A DNA stretch of 64,000 bases from Solirubrobacterales bacterium (lineage in GTDB: Bacteria; Actinomycetota; Thermoleophilia; Solirubrobacterales; 70-9). Made by a program: the position numbers and the translations under genes. Below the pieces are notes generated by a model. The model was not told the origin of the DNA. It ran no database searches and saw nothing but the letters and a program-made list of their open reading frames with translations. Within the stretch, counting starts at the first letter, position 1, and each line of letters begins with the position of its first letter. The stretch covers positions 2,719 to 66,718 of the forward strand of contig DATIDP010000149.1 in assembly GCA_035456265.1 (NCBI GenBank), written 5' to 3'. Below are positions 46,485 to 55,266 of the stretch, in pieces.

Positions 46485-47155
46485 TCCTTGCCCTGCTGCG
46501 GATCGAACATGACCACGCTGGTCGTGAACGGCGAGTCGGTGTTGCCGACCGGGGTCGTCTTGTAGCCCTGCTGCTTCAGCGGTCCCGCGAAGGTGGCCGC
46601 CAGGCCGGGAGTCGGCGTCCCGTTGAGCACCGCGACCTTGGTCTGGCCGGGCGGACAGGGGCCCTTGTTCTTGCCGGCCGAGGGCGCGCTCGACTCGGAG
46701 CCTCCTCCGACGATCCGGGTGATGCCGAACGCGACGCCCGCCAGCACGATCAGCCCGATCGCGGCGAGCGCGGCGATCGACTTCCAGTCGCTGAGCCAGG
46801 CCGGTCGCTCGCGCCCATTGGACGGACGGCTGCGTCGCTGCTCGAAGCGCTTGCGCCGCTCGGCGGCCTGGCGGGCCAGCTCGGCCCTGCGGAAAGCCTC
46901 CGTCTCGTTCGGAGCGGTCGCCGCCGCAGCCGCAGCCGCCTCCTCGGGCTTCCTGGCCGCAACAGCGGTCGCCGTTCGCTCGGCGGGGGTGACGGTCTCG
47001 CCATCCTCCGAGCCGCCCTCGACCAGGAAGCTGGCGTTCTCACGCAGGCGGCGGATGTCGCGCGCCTGGGCGAAGTAGAGCAGCGCGACAAGGGCCAGCC
47101 CCAGGAATGAGGCGAGGCCCGCGACGGCGCCGACGTCCTTGAGAAGGCTGCTCAT
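46328..47155 (-). CDS. LytR_C-domain membrane protein
   Basis: Two TM segments, an Ala/Arg-rich linker, and C-terminal KVAVLNGTPTPGLAATFAGPLKQQGY...VVMFDP. Confidence 0.7.
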   Translation of the reverse strand: MSSLLKDVGAVAGLASFLGLALVALLYFAQARDIRRLRENASFLVEGGSEDGETVTPAERTATAVAARKPEEAAAAAAATAPNETEAFRRAELARQAAERRKRFEQRRSRPSNGRERPAWLSDWKSIAALAAIGLIVLAGVAFGITRIVGGGSESSAPSAGKNKGPCPPGQTKVAVLNGTPTPGLAATFAGPLKQQGYKTTPVGNTDSPFTTSVVMFDPQQGKECAGVISRIVGIPKQQPMDNEVRVAAEGDPVAVVLGDDKAGSSGASTTGSGI

Positions 47156-47282
47156 GGCCGGGGGAGCGCGGGATGTTACGGGCCAAGCGGCCGCCAGGCC
47201 GCTCCATCACGAGCGAGGGACGCAGCCACGAGCGGTTATGAGGAGCGGCCGCTCGCGGCCGCGATCTGGGCGAAGCCGGGTC

Positions 47283-49178
47283 CTACGTCGACAGCTCGTC
47301 AACCGGCAACGCGGCGGCTCGGCGCTGCGTCACCAGCTCGACGGTCTGTGCGGCGAGCTGCGCCTCGTCTCCGGAGCTGACCAGGTTCTCGAGCCTGCTG
47401 AGCGTGCCGTTGACCCATTCCGGATCGAGGGGGGCGTTGCGAACGGCCCGGACGATGCGGTCCGCGGCGGTGGGCTGCGGACGCTCGTCCGAGTTGAAGA
47501 GCTCCTCGTGAAGCTTCTCGCCCGGCCGCGCGCCGACGTACTCGATCGCGATGTCGACCTCCGGCTCGTAGCCGGCGAGACGGATCATGTTGTGGGCGAG
47601 ATCGACGATCTTCACGGGCTCCCCCATCTCGAGCACGAAGACCTCGCCGCTCGCGCCGCCGAGATCACCGGAGCGGATCACCAGCTGGACGGCCTCGGGA
47701 ATGGTCATGAAGTAGCGCGTCATCTCCGGGTCGGTGACGGTGACGGGGCCGCCGCGCTCGATCTGGCTCCGGAAGATCGGCACGACGCTGCCCGACGAGG
47801 CGAGGACGTTTCCGAAGCGAACCGTCACGAAACGCGTCTGCGGGTGCTTGCGGCCGGCCGCCTCGACGATCCACTCCGCCATCGCCTTGGAGGCGCCCAT
47901 GACGGTCCGCGGGTTGACGGACTTGTCCGTCGAGACGAGCACGAACCGCTGGCAGCCCGAAGCCACCGCCGTCTCGGCCGTGACGCGCGTGGCGATCGCG
48001 TTGTTGCGGATCGCCTCCAGTGGGTTGGCCTCCATCAACGGGACGTGCTTGTAGGCGGCGGCGTGGAAGACGACGTCGGGCCGGAAGCGCTGCATCACCT
48101 CGAGCATCCGCTCGGGCTCCTTGCAGTCGGCGAGCACGGACTCGATCCGCGTGAAGTGGCGCTCCTCGATCATCTCCCGGTCGATCCGGAAGAGGTTGTC
48201 CTCGGCGTGGTCGAGGACGACGAGCAGCCTCGGCCGCACCCGTGCGATCTGGCGGACCAGCTCCGAGCCGATCGAGCCCCCCGCGCCCGTGACCAGCACG
48301 ACCTTGTCCTGCATGTAGGCGCCGACCCGGTCGAGCTCCATCTTCACCGGCTCGCGGCCGAGCACGTCCTCGACCTGGACCTCGCGAAGCTGCCTGGTCA
48401 GCTGCACTCCACCTCGGAGGAGCTCGAAGACGGTCGGCAGGGTCCGCACCGGGACGTCCCGCTCCCGGCACGCGGTGACGACGCGGCCGCGCAGCTCGCC
48501 GGGAGCGGACGGGATCGCGATGATCACCTCGTCGGGGTGGAACTCGTCGAGGATGTCCCCGACCTCCTCGGTGGTCCCGACGACGTTGATGCCGTGCAGC
48601 CGCATGCCCCGCTTCCGCGGGTCGTCGTCGAGGAAGCCGATCGCCTTGGAGCCCAAGTTCGGGTTGAGCTGCAGCTCGCGCGCCACCATCTGCCCGCCCG
48701 ACCCGGCACCTACCACGAGCACCCGCCGGGCGCCGCGAACATCGCGGCGGGCGACGCGCTCGACCAGGATCATCCGCGCGAGCAGCCTGGCGCCCCCGAC
48801 CAGGAAGACCGTGAGCAGGAAGTCGGAGACGACGACCGAGCGCGGGATCTGGTCGTCGAACGGCTTCAGCAGCAGGAAGGTGATCGCCAGGATCGCCGTC
48901 GAGATCGCGCAGGCGCGGAGAACGGACACCATGTCCGGCAGGCGGAAGTAGCGCCACCACTTCTCATAGAGGCCGGAGACGTAGAAGACGATCAGCTGAC
49001 CGAGGACCACGAAGCCGATCGAGTTGGCCAGCATGTGGTCGTAGCGCTCCGGGATCCCGCCCGAGGCATCGAGGAACCGCAACCTGAAGGCCAGGTAGTA
49101 GGCGACCGCCACGAGGACTGCATCGGCGGCGATCTGGATCAGTCTGTGACGCCAGACGGGGTGCTTGAGCCGGTCCAC
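47283..49178 (-). CDS. capD: membrane-bound nucleotide-sugar 4,6-dehydratase (CapD/WbpM/PglF-like)
   Basis: N-terminal TM helices, two Rossmann regions (VLVVGAGSGG; VLVTGAGGSIGSEL) and an SDR catalytic core. Confidence 0.9.
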   Translation of the reverse strand: MDRLKHPVWRHRLIQIAADAVLVAVAYYLAFRLRFLDASGGIPERYDHMLANSIGFVVLGQLIVFYVSGLYEKWWRYFRLPDMVSVLRACAISTAILAITFLLLKPFDDQIPRSVVVSDFLLTVFLVGGARLLARMILVERVARRDVRGARRVLVVGAGSGGQMVARELQLNPNLGSKAIGFLDDDPRKRGMRLHGINVVGTTEEVGDILDEFHPDEVIIAIPSAPGELRGRVVTACRERDVPVRTLPTVFELLRGGVQLTRQLREVQVEDVLGREPVKMELDRVGAYMQDKVVLVTGAGGSIGSELVRQIARVRPRLLVVLDHAEDNLFRIDREMIEERHFTRIESVLADCKEPERMLEVMQRFRPDVVFHAAAYKHVPLMEANPLEAIRNNAIATRVTAETAVASGCQRFVLVSTDKSVNPRTVMGASKAMAEWIVEAAGRKHPQTRFVTVRFGNVLASSGSVVPIFRSQIERGGPVTVTDPEMTRYFMTIPEAVQLVIRSGDLGGASGEVFVLEMGEPVKIVDLAHNMIRLAGYEPEVDIAIEYVGARPGEKLHEELFNSDERPQPTAADRIVRAVRNAPLDPEWVNGTLSRLENLVSSGDEAQLAAQTVELVTQRRAAALPVDELST

Positions 49179-49230
49179 GCCGAGGCGAGTCTAGTCCCCC
49201 CTCCCGGGAGATTGGGCAGCCCACCGTTCA

Positions 49231-49959
49231 GTGTTTCTTTGGTCAGGGGCCCCTTGCGTGGGTGACAGCCCCTACCATGCCGCCCCTGTGACGAGCCTCG
49301 AACTCCCCTTCGTGACCGCGGCGGTGACCGACAAGCTTGTCGACTTCGCCACGAACGTCATCGGCGATTTGGGCTACGCCGGCGTCTTCGTGCTGATGAC
49401 GCTCGAGAGCGCGCTGATCCCGATCCCGAGCGAGGCGACGATGCTGTTCGCCGGCTTCAAGGTGGACGACGGCACCTTCACCCTGTTCGGAATCGTCGCC
49501 GCCGGTGTGCTTGGCAACCTCGTGGGATCATGGATCGCGTACGCGATCGGCTACTACGGCCGTCTGGAGCTGGTCGAACGGCACCGGATCTTCCACGCGA
49601 ACCGTCGCTACCTCGACTGGGCGGACGACTGGTTCAACCGCCACGGCGACGCCACGGTCTTCTTCTCGCGCATGCTGCCGGTGATCCGGACCTTCATCTC
49701 GCTTCCCGCCGGGGTGGCGAGAATGCCGTTCTGGCGATTCAGCGTCCTGACCCTGCTGGGCTGCATCCCCTGGGTCTTCGCGCTCGGGTTCCTCGGCAAG
49801 CTCGCCGGGAGCAAATGGGATGACTGGAAGGACAGGCTGCACTACCTCGACTACGTGGTCCTCGCAGCAATCGTGGCGCTGATCGCCTACGCGATCTGGA
49901 AGCGCAGGCGGGACCGTGCGCGTCCCGCGACGGACGCCGAGGAGCAGCCGGCTTCGTGA
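49231..49959 (+). CDS. dedA: DedA-family membrane protein
   Basis: ESALIPIPSEATMLFAG and FFSRMLPVIRTFISLPAG motifs. The start may be GTG 49288. Confidence 0.8.
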   Translation: MFLWSGAPCVGDSPYHAAPVTSLELPFVTAAVTDKLVDFATNVIGDLGYAGVFVLMTLESALIPIPSEATMLFAGFKVDDGTFTLFGIVAAGVLGNLVGSWIAYAIGYYGRLELVERHRIFHANRRYLDWADDWFNRHGDATVFFSRMLPVIRTFISLPAGVARMPFWRFSVLTLLGCIPWVFALGFLGKLAGSKWDDWKDRLHYLDYVVLAAIVALIAYAIWKRRRDRARPATDAEEQPAS

Positions 49960-50888
49960 GACCGTCGAGGGCGATCGTCCTCGGCGCGGTCCAGGGACCG
50001 ACCGAGCTCCTCCCGGTCTCGAGCTCCGCCCACCTCACCCTCATCCCCTGGTTTCTCGGCTGGCGCCGTGAGGACGGCGACGCCGAGATCGAGAAGACCT
50101 TCGGCGTGGCCCTGCACGCCGGCGCCGCGGCCGCCCTGCTCGTGAGCCAGCGCCAGGTGATCTTCGAGGAGCTGCGCTCCTTCGACACCCGCAGGGCCGC
50201 CGTGCTCGGCCTCTCCTTCCTGCCGCCGGCCCTGTTCGGGGTCCTATTCGAGCGGCTGATCGAGCGCCGTCTGGGCGGGCCCGTCCCAACGGCGGCGGGC
50301 CTGCTGGTGGGAGCCGGGGCGATGGTCGCCGCCGACCGCACACCGCAGGAGCGGGACCGCGGTCAGGCGACCCCCGCCGACGGCCTCGCGCTCGGCTTTG
50401 CTCAGGCGGCCGCACTCGCCCCGGGCATCTCCCGCAACGGCGCCACGCTCAGCGTCGCACGCTGGCGCGGCTTCACGCGCCAGCACGCCAACATGCTCTC
50501 CCGTACCGTCGCCCTGCCTGTGATCGTCGGCGCGGGCCTGCTCAAGGGCGCGCGGCTGCGACGGCGCGGGCTGCCGCCCGGACAGGGCTCGGCGTTCGCC
50601 GCCGGGACCGCCGCCTCATTCGCCTCGACCCTGGCCTCCCAGGCGCTGATCCGGGTGATCGAGCGCGACAGCGCGCTCTGGCCCTACGCCGCCTACCGGG
50701 CCGGCCTCGCCGGGGTGGTCCTGGGCAGGCTCTGGCGACGTTCTCGGAAGAGGAAGGCCGAGCTGCGGAGGTTCGGGCAGCCGGTGAGCTTCGTCGAGGG
50801 CAACGGCCGTCCAGCCGCTCGGAACAGCGCCCCGACGCGGTCCCCCGGCTCGGGCACGGCCTCAGCCTCCCGTGGGGAGTCCCCGTGA
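49956..50888 (+). CDS. uppP: undecaprenyl-diphosphate phosphatase
   Basis: GAVQGPTELLPVSSSAHL and PGISRNGATL motifs. GTGA overlap with dedA. About 50 aa of basic C-terminal extension. Confidence 0.9.
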   Translation: MRPSRAIVLGAVQGPTELLPVSSSAHLTLIPWFLGWRREDGDAEIEKTFGVALHAGAAAALLVSQRQVIFEELRSFDTRRAAVLGLSFLPPALFGVLFERLIERRLGGPVPTAAGLLVGAGAMVAADRTPQERDRGQATPADGLALGFAQAAALAPGISRNGATLSVARWRGFTRQHANMLSRTVALPVIVGAGLLKGARLRRRGLPPGQGSAFAAGTAASFASTLASQALIRVIERDSALWPYAAYRAGLAGVVLGRLWRRSRKRKAELRRFGQPVSFVEGNGRPAARNSAPTRSPGSGTASASRGESP

Positions 50889-51883
50889 CCGATGACGCGT
50901 ACGCGCGGGCCGGCGTCAGCCAGGGAGACGCCGACGCTGCCGTCGCGTCCCTCGTCTCGGCCCTCTCCTCGGCGGCGACCTCCGGGAGCCGCCAGGTGCT
51001 CGCGAGTGGCCACTACGCGAACGTGATCCGCCTCGACGAGCGGACCGGAATCGCGCTCAGCACCGATGGTGTCGGCACGAAGCTCGTCGTGGCCGAGCAG
51101 CTGGGCCGCTGGGACACCGTCGGCATCGACTGCGTGGCGATGAACGTCAACGACGTCGTCTGCGTCGGCGCCGAGCCGCTCGCGATGGTCGACTACCTGG
51201 CCGTGGAGCGAGCCGTCCCGGAGGTCGCCGAGGCGATCGGCACCGGCCTCGGCCAAGGCGCCGAGCTAGCGGGGATCGAGATCGTCGGCGGCGAGCTCGC
51301 CCAGCTCGGAGAGATCGTCAATGGCCTGGACCTGGCGGGTGCCTGCATCGGCGTCGTGGCGCTGGACTCCCTGGTGACCGGTGACTCGATCGAGCCCGGT
51401 GACCCCGTGATCGGCCTGCCGTCCTCCGGGCTCCATTCCAACGGCTACACGCTGGCGCGGTCGGCGCTCGAAGGCATCCCGATGGATGACGAGCGCCTCG
51501 GCCGGCCGCTTGGCGACGTCCTGCTCGAGCCGACCGAGATCTACGTCAAGCCGATCCTCGGACTGCTCCGCTCGGAGGTCGACGTCCGCGGCCTCGCCCA
51601 CATCACCTCGGGGGGCCTCAACAACCTCCTGCGGCTCGAGGCCGACATCGGCTACGAGATCGGCGATCCACTGCCGATCCCGGAGATCTTCACCCTGATC
51701 CAGGAGCTGGCGGACGTCCCGGAGGAGGAGATGCACGAGGTCTTCAACATGGGATGCGGGTTCTGCGTCGTCGTGGCCGCCTCCGACGAGCGGCCTGCGC
51801 TGGAGGAGCTCCGCGCCCGCTATCCGAGCGCGAAGCGCATCGGCCGCGCCGTGGAGGGCCCTCGGGCCGTCAACCGGCTCTAG
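50885..51883 (+). CDS. purM: phosphoribosylformylglycinamidine cyclo-ligase (AIR synthase)
   Basis: STDGVGTKL, DCVAMNVNDV and GLHSNGYTL patterns. GTGA overlap with uppP. Confidence 0.85.
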   Translation: MTDDAYARAGVSQGDADAAVASLVSALSSAATSGSRQVLASGHYANVIRLDERTGIALSTDGVGTKLVVAEQLGRWDTVGIDCVAMNVNDVVCVGAEPLAMVDYLAVERAVPEVAEAIGTGLGQGAELAGIEIVGGELAQLGEIVNGLDLAGACIGVVALDSLVTGDSIEPGDPVIGLPSSGLHSNGYTLARSALEGIPMDDERLGRPLGDVLLEPTEIYVKPILGLLRSEVDVRGLAHITSGGLNNLLRLEADIGYEIGDPLPIPEIFTLIQELADVPEEEMHEVFNMGCGFCVVVAASDERPALEELRARYPSAKRIGRAVEGPRAVNRL

Positions 51884-51890
51884 CCGCGGA

Positions 51891-52742
51891 TCAGGCCCGC
51901 TCCCAGACGGTGCCGGTGAGCGCCGGCACCGGCTTCAGCTTCCAGTCCCGCGCCAGCGCCCAGAGCTCCGCCTCGATCACCGGCGCCGGCCTCTGGGCGA
52001 GCACCTCGAGCTCCCTGCTGGCGCAGCGTCGAAAGCGCGCGATGGCCTCCAGTGGCTCGAGCGGGCCCTCGTTGGCCGGCTTCGCTCCGGCCGCCAGGGC
52101 CGCGGCGCGCAGCTTCTCGGGATCCAGGGAGTCGGAGCCCCAGACGCCGTGGCGGGATCCGCCCGCGGAGAGGATCAGCGCGGAGGGGAAACTGATCCTC
52201 TCCCTGCCCTTGCTGCTGCGGTGGATCGCATCAGCCTCCCGCGCCTCCTGAGGCGGGTCGCGGACCTCCTCCAGATCGGCCCCGAAGGCCTCGGTGATCG
52301 CATGGGAGCGCAGGTCGACCTCGAACCGCGAGCGGTCGATCCCGGCGCGGCCGGCGGCGTCGATCAGCGCATCGGCGTGGTCGAGCTTCCGCCGCTCGAA
52401 CATGATCCCCTCGCGCAGTGTCCGCAGATACCGGTAGCCGGCCTGCCACCCCTGCTCCTCGGCAGCCTTGACGGCCTGGCAGGCCGGGTAGGTCGAGGCG
52501 AGGGGATTCTGCGTCCAGATCCGCGGGTCGCACGGCATGCCGCCCTCCGCCGCGTCCTCGAGCCATTGAGAGACGACATCGAGGAGATCCGCATTCTCGT
52601 AACTCCGAGTCAGGCCGCCCATCACCCAGGCGAAACCGAGCTCTCCCTCAAACTCCCACATGAGCCGCCTGATCGCGGGCTCGGCCGCCCAGGACCAGGG
52701 ACAGGCGGGATCGGTGTAGAAGCGGAGCTGGACAGTCATCAT
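51891..52742 (-). CDS. DsbA-family thioredoxin-fold protein with CPWS (monothiol) motif
   Basis: LRFYTDPACPWSWAAEP at the N-terminus; 283 aa. Confidence 0.65.
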   Translation of the reverse strand: MMTVQLRFYTDPACPWSWAAEPAIRRLMWEFEGELGFAWVMGGLTRSYENADLLDVVSQWLEDAAEGGMPCDPRIWTQNPLASTYPACQAVKAAEEQGWQAGYRYLRTLREGIMFERRKLDHADALIDAAGRAGIDRSRFEVDLRSHAITEAFGADLEEVRDPPQEAREADAIHRSSKGRERISFPSALILSAGGSRHGVWGSDSLDPEKLRAAALAAGAKPANEGPLEPLEAIARFRRCASRELEVLAQRPAPVIEAELWALARDWKLKPVPALTGTVWERA

Positions 52743-52810
52743 TCCGGTAGGGCGCTCGCAGCGGGGGCCCGGTCCCGGGCGAAAATACAGCCGATGGACT
52801 CATCAAAGCT

Positions 52811-54304
52811 TTGGAACGCTTGAGCTCAACAGTGCTCTCGGGCCGCTACCGGCTCGAGTCGAAGCTGGGCTCAGGCGGGATGTCGACCGTCTACCTCGCC
52901 ATGGACGAGGTCCTCGATCGGCCGGTCGCAGTCAAGCTGCTGCATCGCGAGATCTCCGAGGAGGCCGATCAACTCGAGCGCTTCCGGCGCGAGGCGAGGG
53001 CGGCGGCGCGGCTCTCCCATCCGAACCTGGTGGGTGTGATCGACGCCGGCGAGGACGACGGCCGCCCCTACATCGTCTTCGAGTACATCGAGGGCCGCAC
53101 GCTGAAGCGGCGCATACAGGAGGAGGGCCGGCTGCCGGTGGACGAGGCCGTGGCCTACGCGATCGAGATCGGTCGCGGGCTCACCGCCGCGCATGCCCGC
53201 AAGCTCGTCCATCGCGACGTGAAGCCGCAGAACGTCCTCATCGACCCCGACGGCCGGGCGAAGGTGACCGATTTCGGCATCGCCCGCTCGCTCGAGCAGC
53301 AGGGGATGACGGCGACAGGCAGGGTGCTCGGGACCACCGACTACGTCTCACCCGAGCAGGCCATGGGCGAGGACGTCGACGAGCGCTCGGACGTCTATTC
53401 GCTCGGGGTGGTCCTCTACGAGATGCTCACCGGCGACGTTCCCTTCAGGGCGGAGACCCAGGTCGGCGTGGCGATGAAGCACGTCAACGAGCCCATGCCC
53501 GACGTCCAGGCCAAGCGACCCGAGGTCTCGGCCGCCGTTGCGGCGGTCGTGGACCGCTCGACTACCAAGGACCCACGTGACCGCTACGCCACCGTCGCGG
53601 AGATGGTGCGGGACCTCGAGCAGACCCTCGAGGTCGAGGCGGCGCGGCGCGGTGGGACGAGCGGGGAGGCGACCAGCGTGCTGGACTCGGTCCCGGCCGA
53701 GCGGCGCCGGCTCGGCCGGCGGCGTCGGATATCGGGACCGGGCATCGCCCTCGCCATCGTGATCATCGCCCTGGGCGCGGCCGCGGTGATCTTCGCCACG
53801 CGACTCGACCTGGGTGACAACGGCAGCCCCGCCCCGAGCGGGACCTCGGAGGTGAGACTGTCGAACGCCGCGGCCAGCGAGTTCGATCCCGAGGGCGACG
53901 GGCAGGAGACCGGGACCGAGGAGCAGGCGATCGACGGCAACCCGACCGGGACGGCGTGGTCGAGCGAGCACTACGACACCCCGGACTTCGGCGGCCTCAA
54001 GGACGGCGTCGGCCTGGCGATCGACGCGGGGTCCTCCGTGCCCGCGAAGCAGCTGGTGATCCGGGCGCTCACGCCCGGCTACGACGCAGCGATCTATGAG
54101 GTCAACACCTCACCGCCGAGCGACCTCCCGGGCTGGGGGCGGCCGGTGGCGAACGTTCGGGACGGGGGCGAGACGGAGAGGGTGGCGCTGCCGGGCAAGC
54201 CGGCCAAGTCGTTCCTGATCTGGATCACCAAGGCGCCGCAGGCCCAGGACGACCCGAGCCGCTACCAGATGGAGATCTCGGACGTCCAGCTCTTCAAGAC
54301 CTAG
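52811..54304 (+). CDS. Ser/Thr protein kinase with single TM and discoidin-like (F5/8 type C-like) ectodomain
   Basis: GSGGMSTVY, AVKLL, HRDVKPQN, DFGIAR, SPEQ, then a TM (GIALAIVIIALGAAAVIF). The ectodomain contains AIDGNPTGTAWSS. TTG start. Confidence 0.85.
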   Translation: MERLSSTVLSGRYRLESKLGSGGMSTVYLAMDEVLDRPVAVKLLHREISEEADQLERFRREARAAARLSHPNLVGVIDAGEDDGRPYIVFEYIEGRTLKRRIQEEGRLPVDEAVAYAIEIGRGLTAAHARKLVHRDVKPQNVLIDPDGRAKVTDFGIARSLEQQGMTATGRVLGTTDYVSPEQAMGEDVDERSDVYSLGVVLYEMLTGDVPFRAETQVGVAMKHVNEPMPDVQAKRPEVSAAVAAVVDRSTTKDPRDRYATVAEMVRDLEQTLEVEAARRGGTSGEATSVLDSVPAERRRLGRRRRISGPGIALAIVIIALGAAAVIFATRLDLGDNGSPAPSGTSEVRLSNAAASEFDPEGDGQETGTEEQAIDGNPTGTAWSSEHYDTPDFGGLKDGVGLAIDAGSSVPAKQLVIRALTPGYDAAIYEVNTSPPSDLPGWGRPVANVRDGGETERVALPGKPAKSFLIWITKAPQAQDDPSRYQMEISDVQLFKT

Positions 54305-55266
54305 AGCTCGAAGCTCCTCGCCCGCTCGTAGCGCTCGATCGCCAGCTCGACCAGGCGATCGCAGAGCTCCGGGTACGCGATCCCGTCGGCCTCGAAGAGC
54401 TTGCCGTAGACGCTCGTCTCGGTGAAGCCGGGGATCGTGTTGAGCTCGTTGACGAGGACCTGATCGCCGTCCACGAAGAAGTCGCAGCGGGCGAGCCCGC
54501 TGCAGCCGCAGAGGGTGAAGACGCGGCGGGCGAGCTCCCTGACCCGCTCCCGGGCGCTCTCCGGGATCTCGGCGGGGACCCGCAGCTCCATGCCGCCCTC
54601 CGCGTACTTCGCCTCGTAGTCGTACCAATCGGACGCCTTGGTGACGATCTCGCCGGGCTGCGAGGCGATCGGGTCCTCGTTGCCCAGCAGCGAGCACTCG
54701 ACCTCGCTCCCCGGCGCCGGCGCCTCGACGATCACCCTCGGGTCGTGACGGCGCGCCTGCTCCACGGCGCGGTCGAGCTCCTCCTCCCCCGACGCCGGCG
54801 TGATGCCGACGCTCGAGCCGAGCCTCGCCGGTTTCACCCAGAGGGGCTGCCCGAACGCCGCGGCGATCTCCCGCCAGCCCTGCTCCCCCGCGCGGCAGTA
54901 GTCGACCTGCGGGATGCCGTGCTGGGAGAGCAGATCCTTGAAGACGAGCTTGTCAATGCAGATCGCCGAGGACTCGACGTCGGAGCCGGCGTAGGGGACG
55001 TCGAGCACCTCGAGCAGCCCCTGCACGCTGCCGTCCTCCCCGCCTGGGCCGTGCAGGACCGGGAAGACCGCATCGCAACCCAGCAGGCCCGCCCCGGGCT
55101 CGAACTCGATCCTCTCGCCGCCGGCGCTCCAGCGGCCGTCGCGGCCGATCGTCACCTCGAGCGTCTCGTGGCCGGCTTCGCGCAAGCCCGCGGCCACCGA
55201 CGCTGCCGAGCGCAGCGAGACCTGGTGCTCGCTCGAGATCCCGCCGCCGAGGACGGCGACCCTCAT
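54301..55266 (-). CDS. ddl: D-alanine--D-alanine ligase
   Basis: MRVAVLGGGISSEHQVSL, FPVLHGPGGEDGSVQGLLEVLDVPYAGS, ELNTIPGFT. ATG 55266 forms an ATGA overlap with the pknB stop. The rest of track ORF 54301..56196 is a shadow. Confidence 0.9.
   Translation of the reverse strand: MRVAVLGGGISSEHQVSLRSAASVAAGLREAGHETLEVTIGRDGRWSAGGERIEFEPGAGLLGCDAVFPVLHGPGGEDGSVQGLLEVLDVPYAGSDVESSAICIDKLVFKDLLSQHGIPQVDYCRAGEQGWREIAAAFGQPLWVKPARLGSSVGITPASGEEELDRAVEQARRHDPRVIVEAPAPGSEVECSLLGNEDPIASQPGEIVTKASDWYDYEAKYAEGGMELRVPAEIPESARERVRELARRVFTLCGCSGLARCDFFVDGDQVLVNELNTIPGFTETSVYGKLFEADGIAYPELCDRLVELAIERYERARSFEL

Noticed and set aside
47245-47262. gcggccgc-tc-gcggccgc: two NotI-type palindromes 10 bp apart between capD and the LytR_C gene.
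   Set aside because: The two copies could pair as a weak attenuator or terminator hairpin. However, GC-rich self-complementary octamers are expected by chance at this base composition, and there is no further evidence.
47139-49265. 708-aa plus-strand ORF antisense to capD.
   Set aside because: The opposite strand encodes a full CapD/WbpM-type dehydratase with clear Rossmann motifs. The antisense translation is Arg/Asp/Gly-rich with no recognisable domain.
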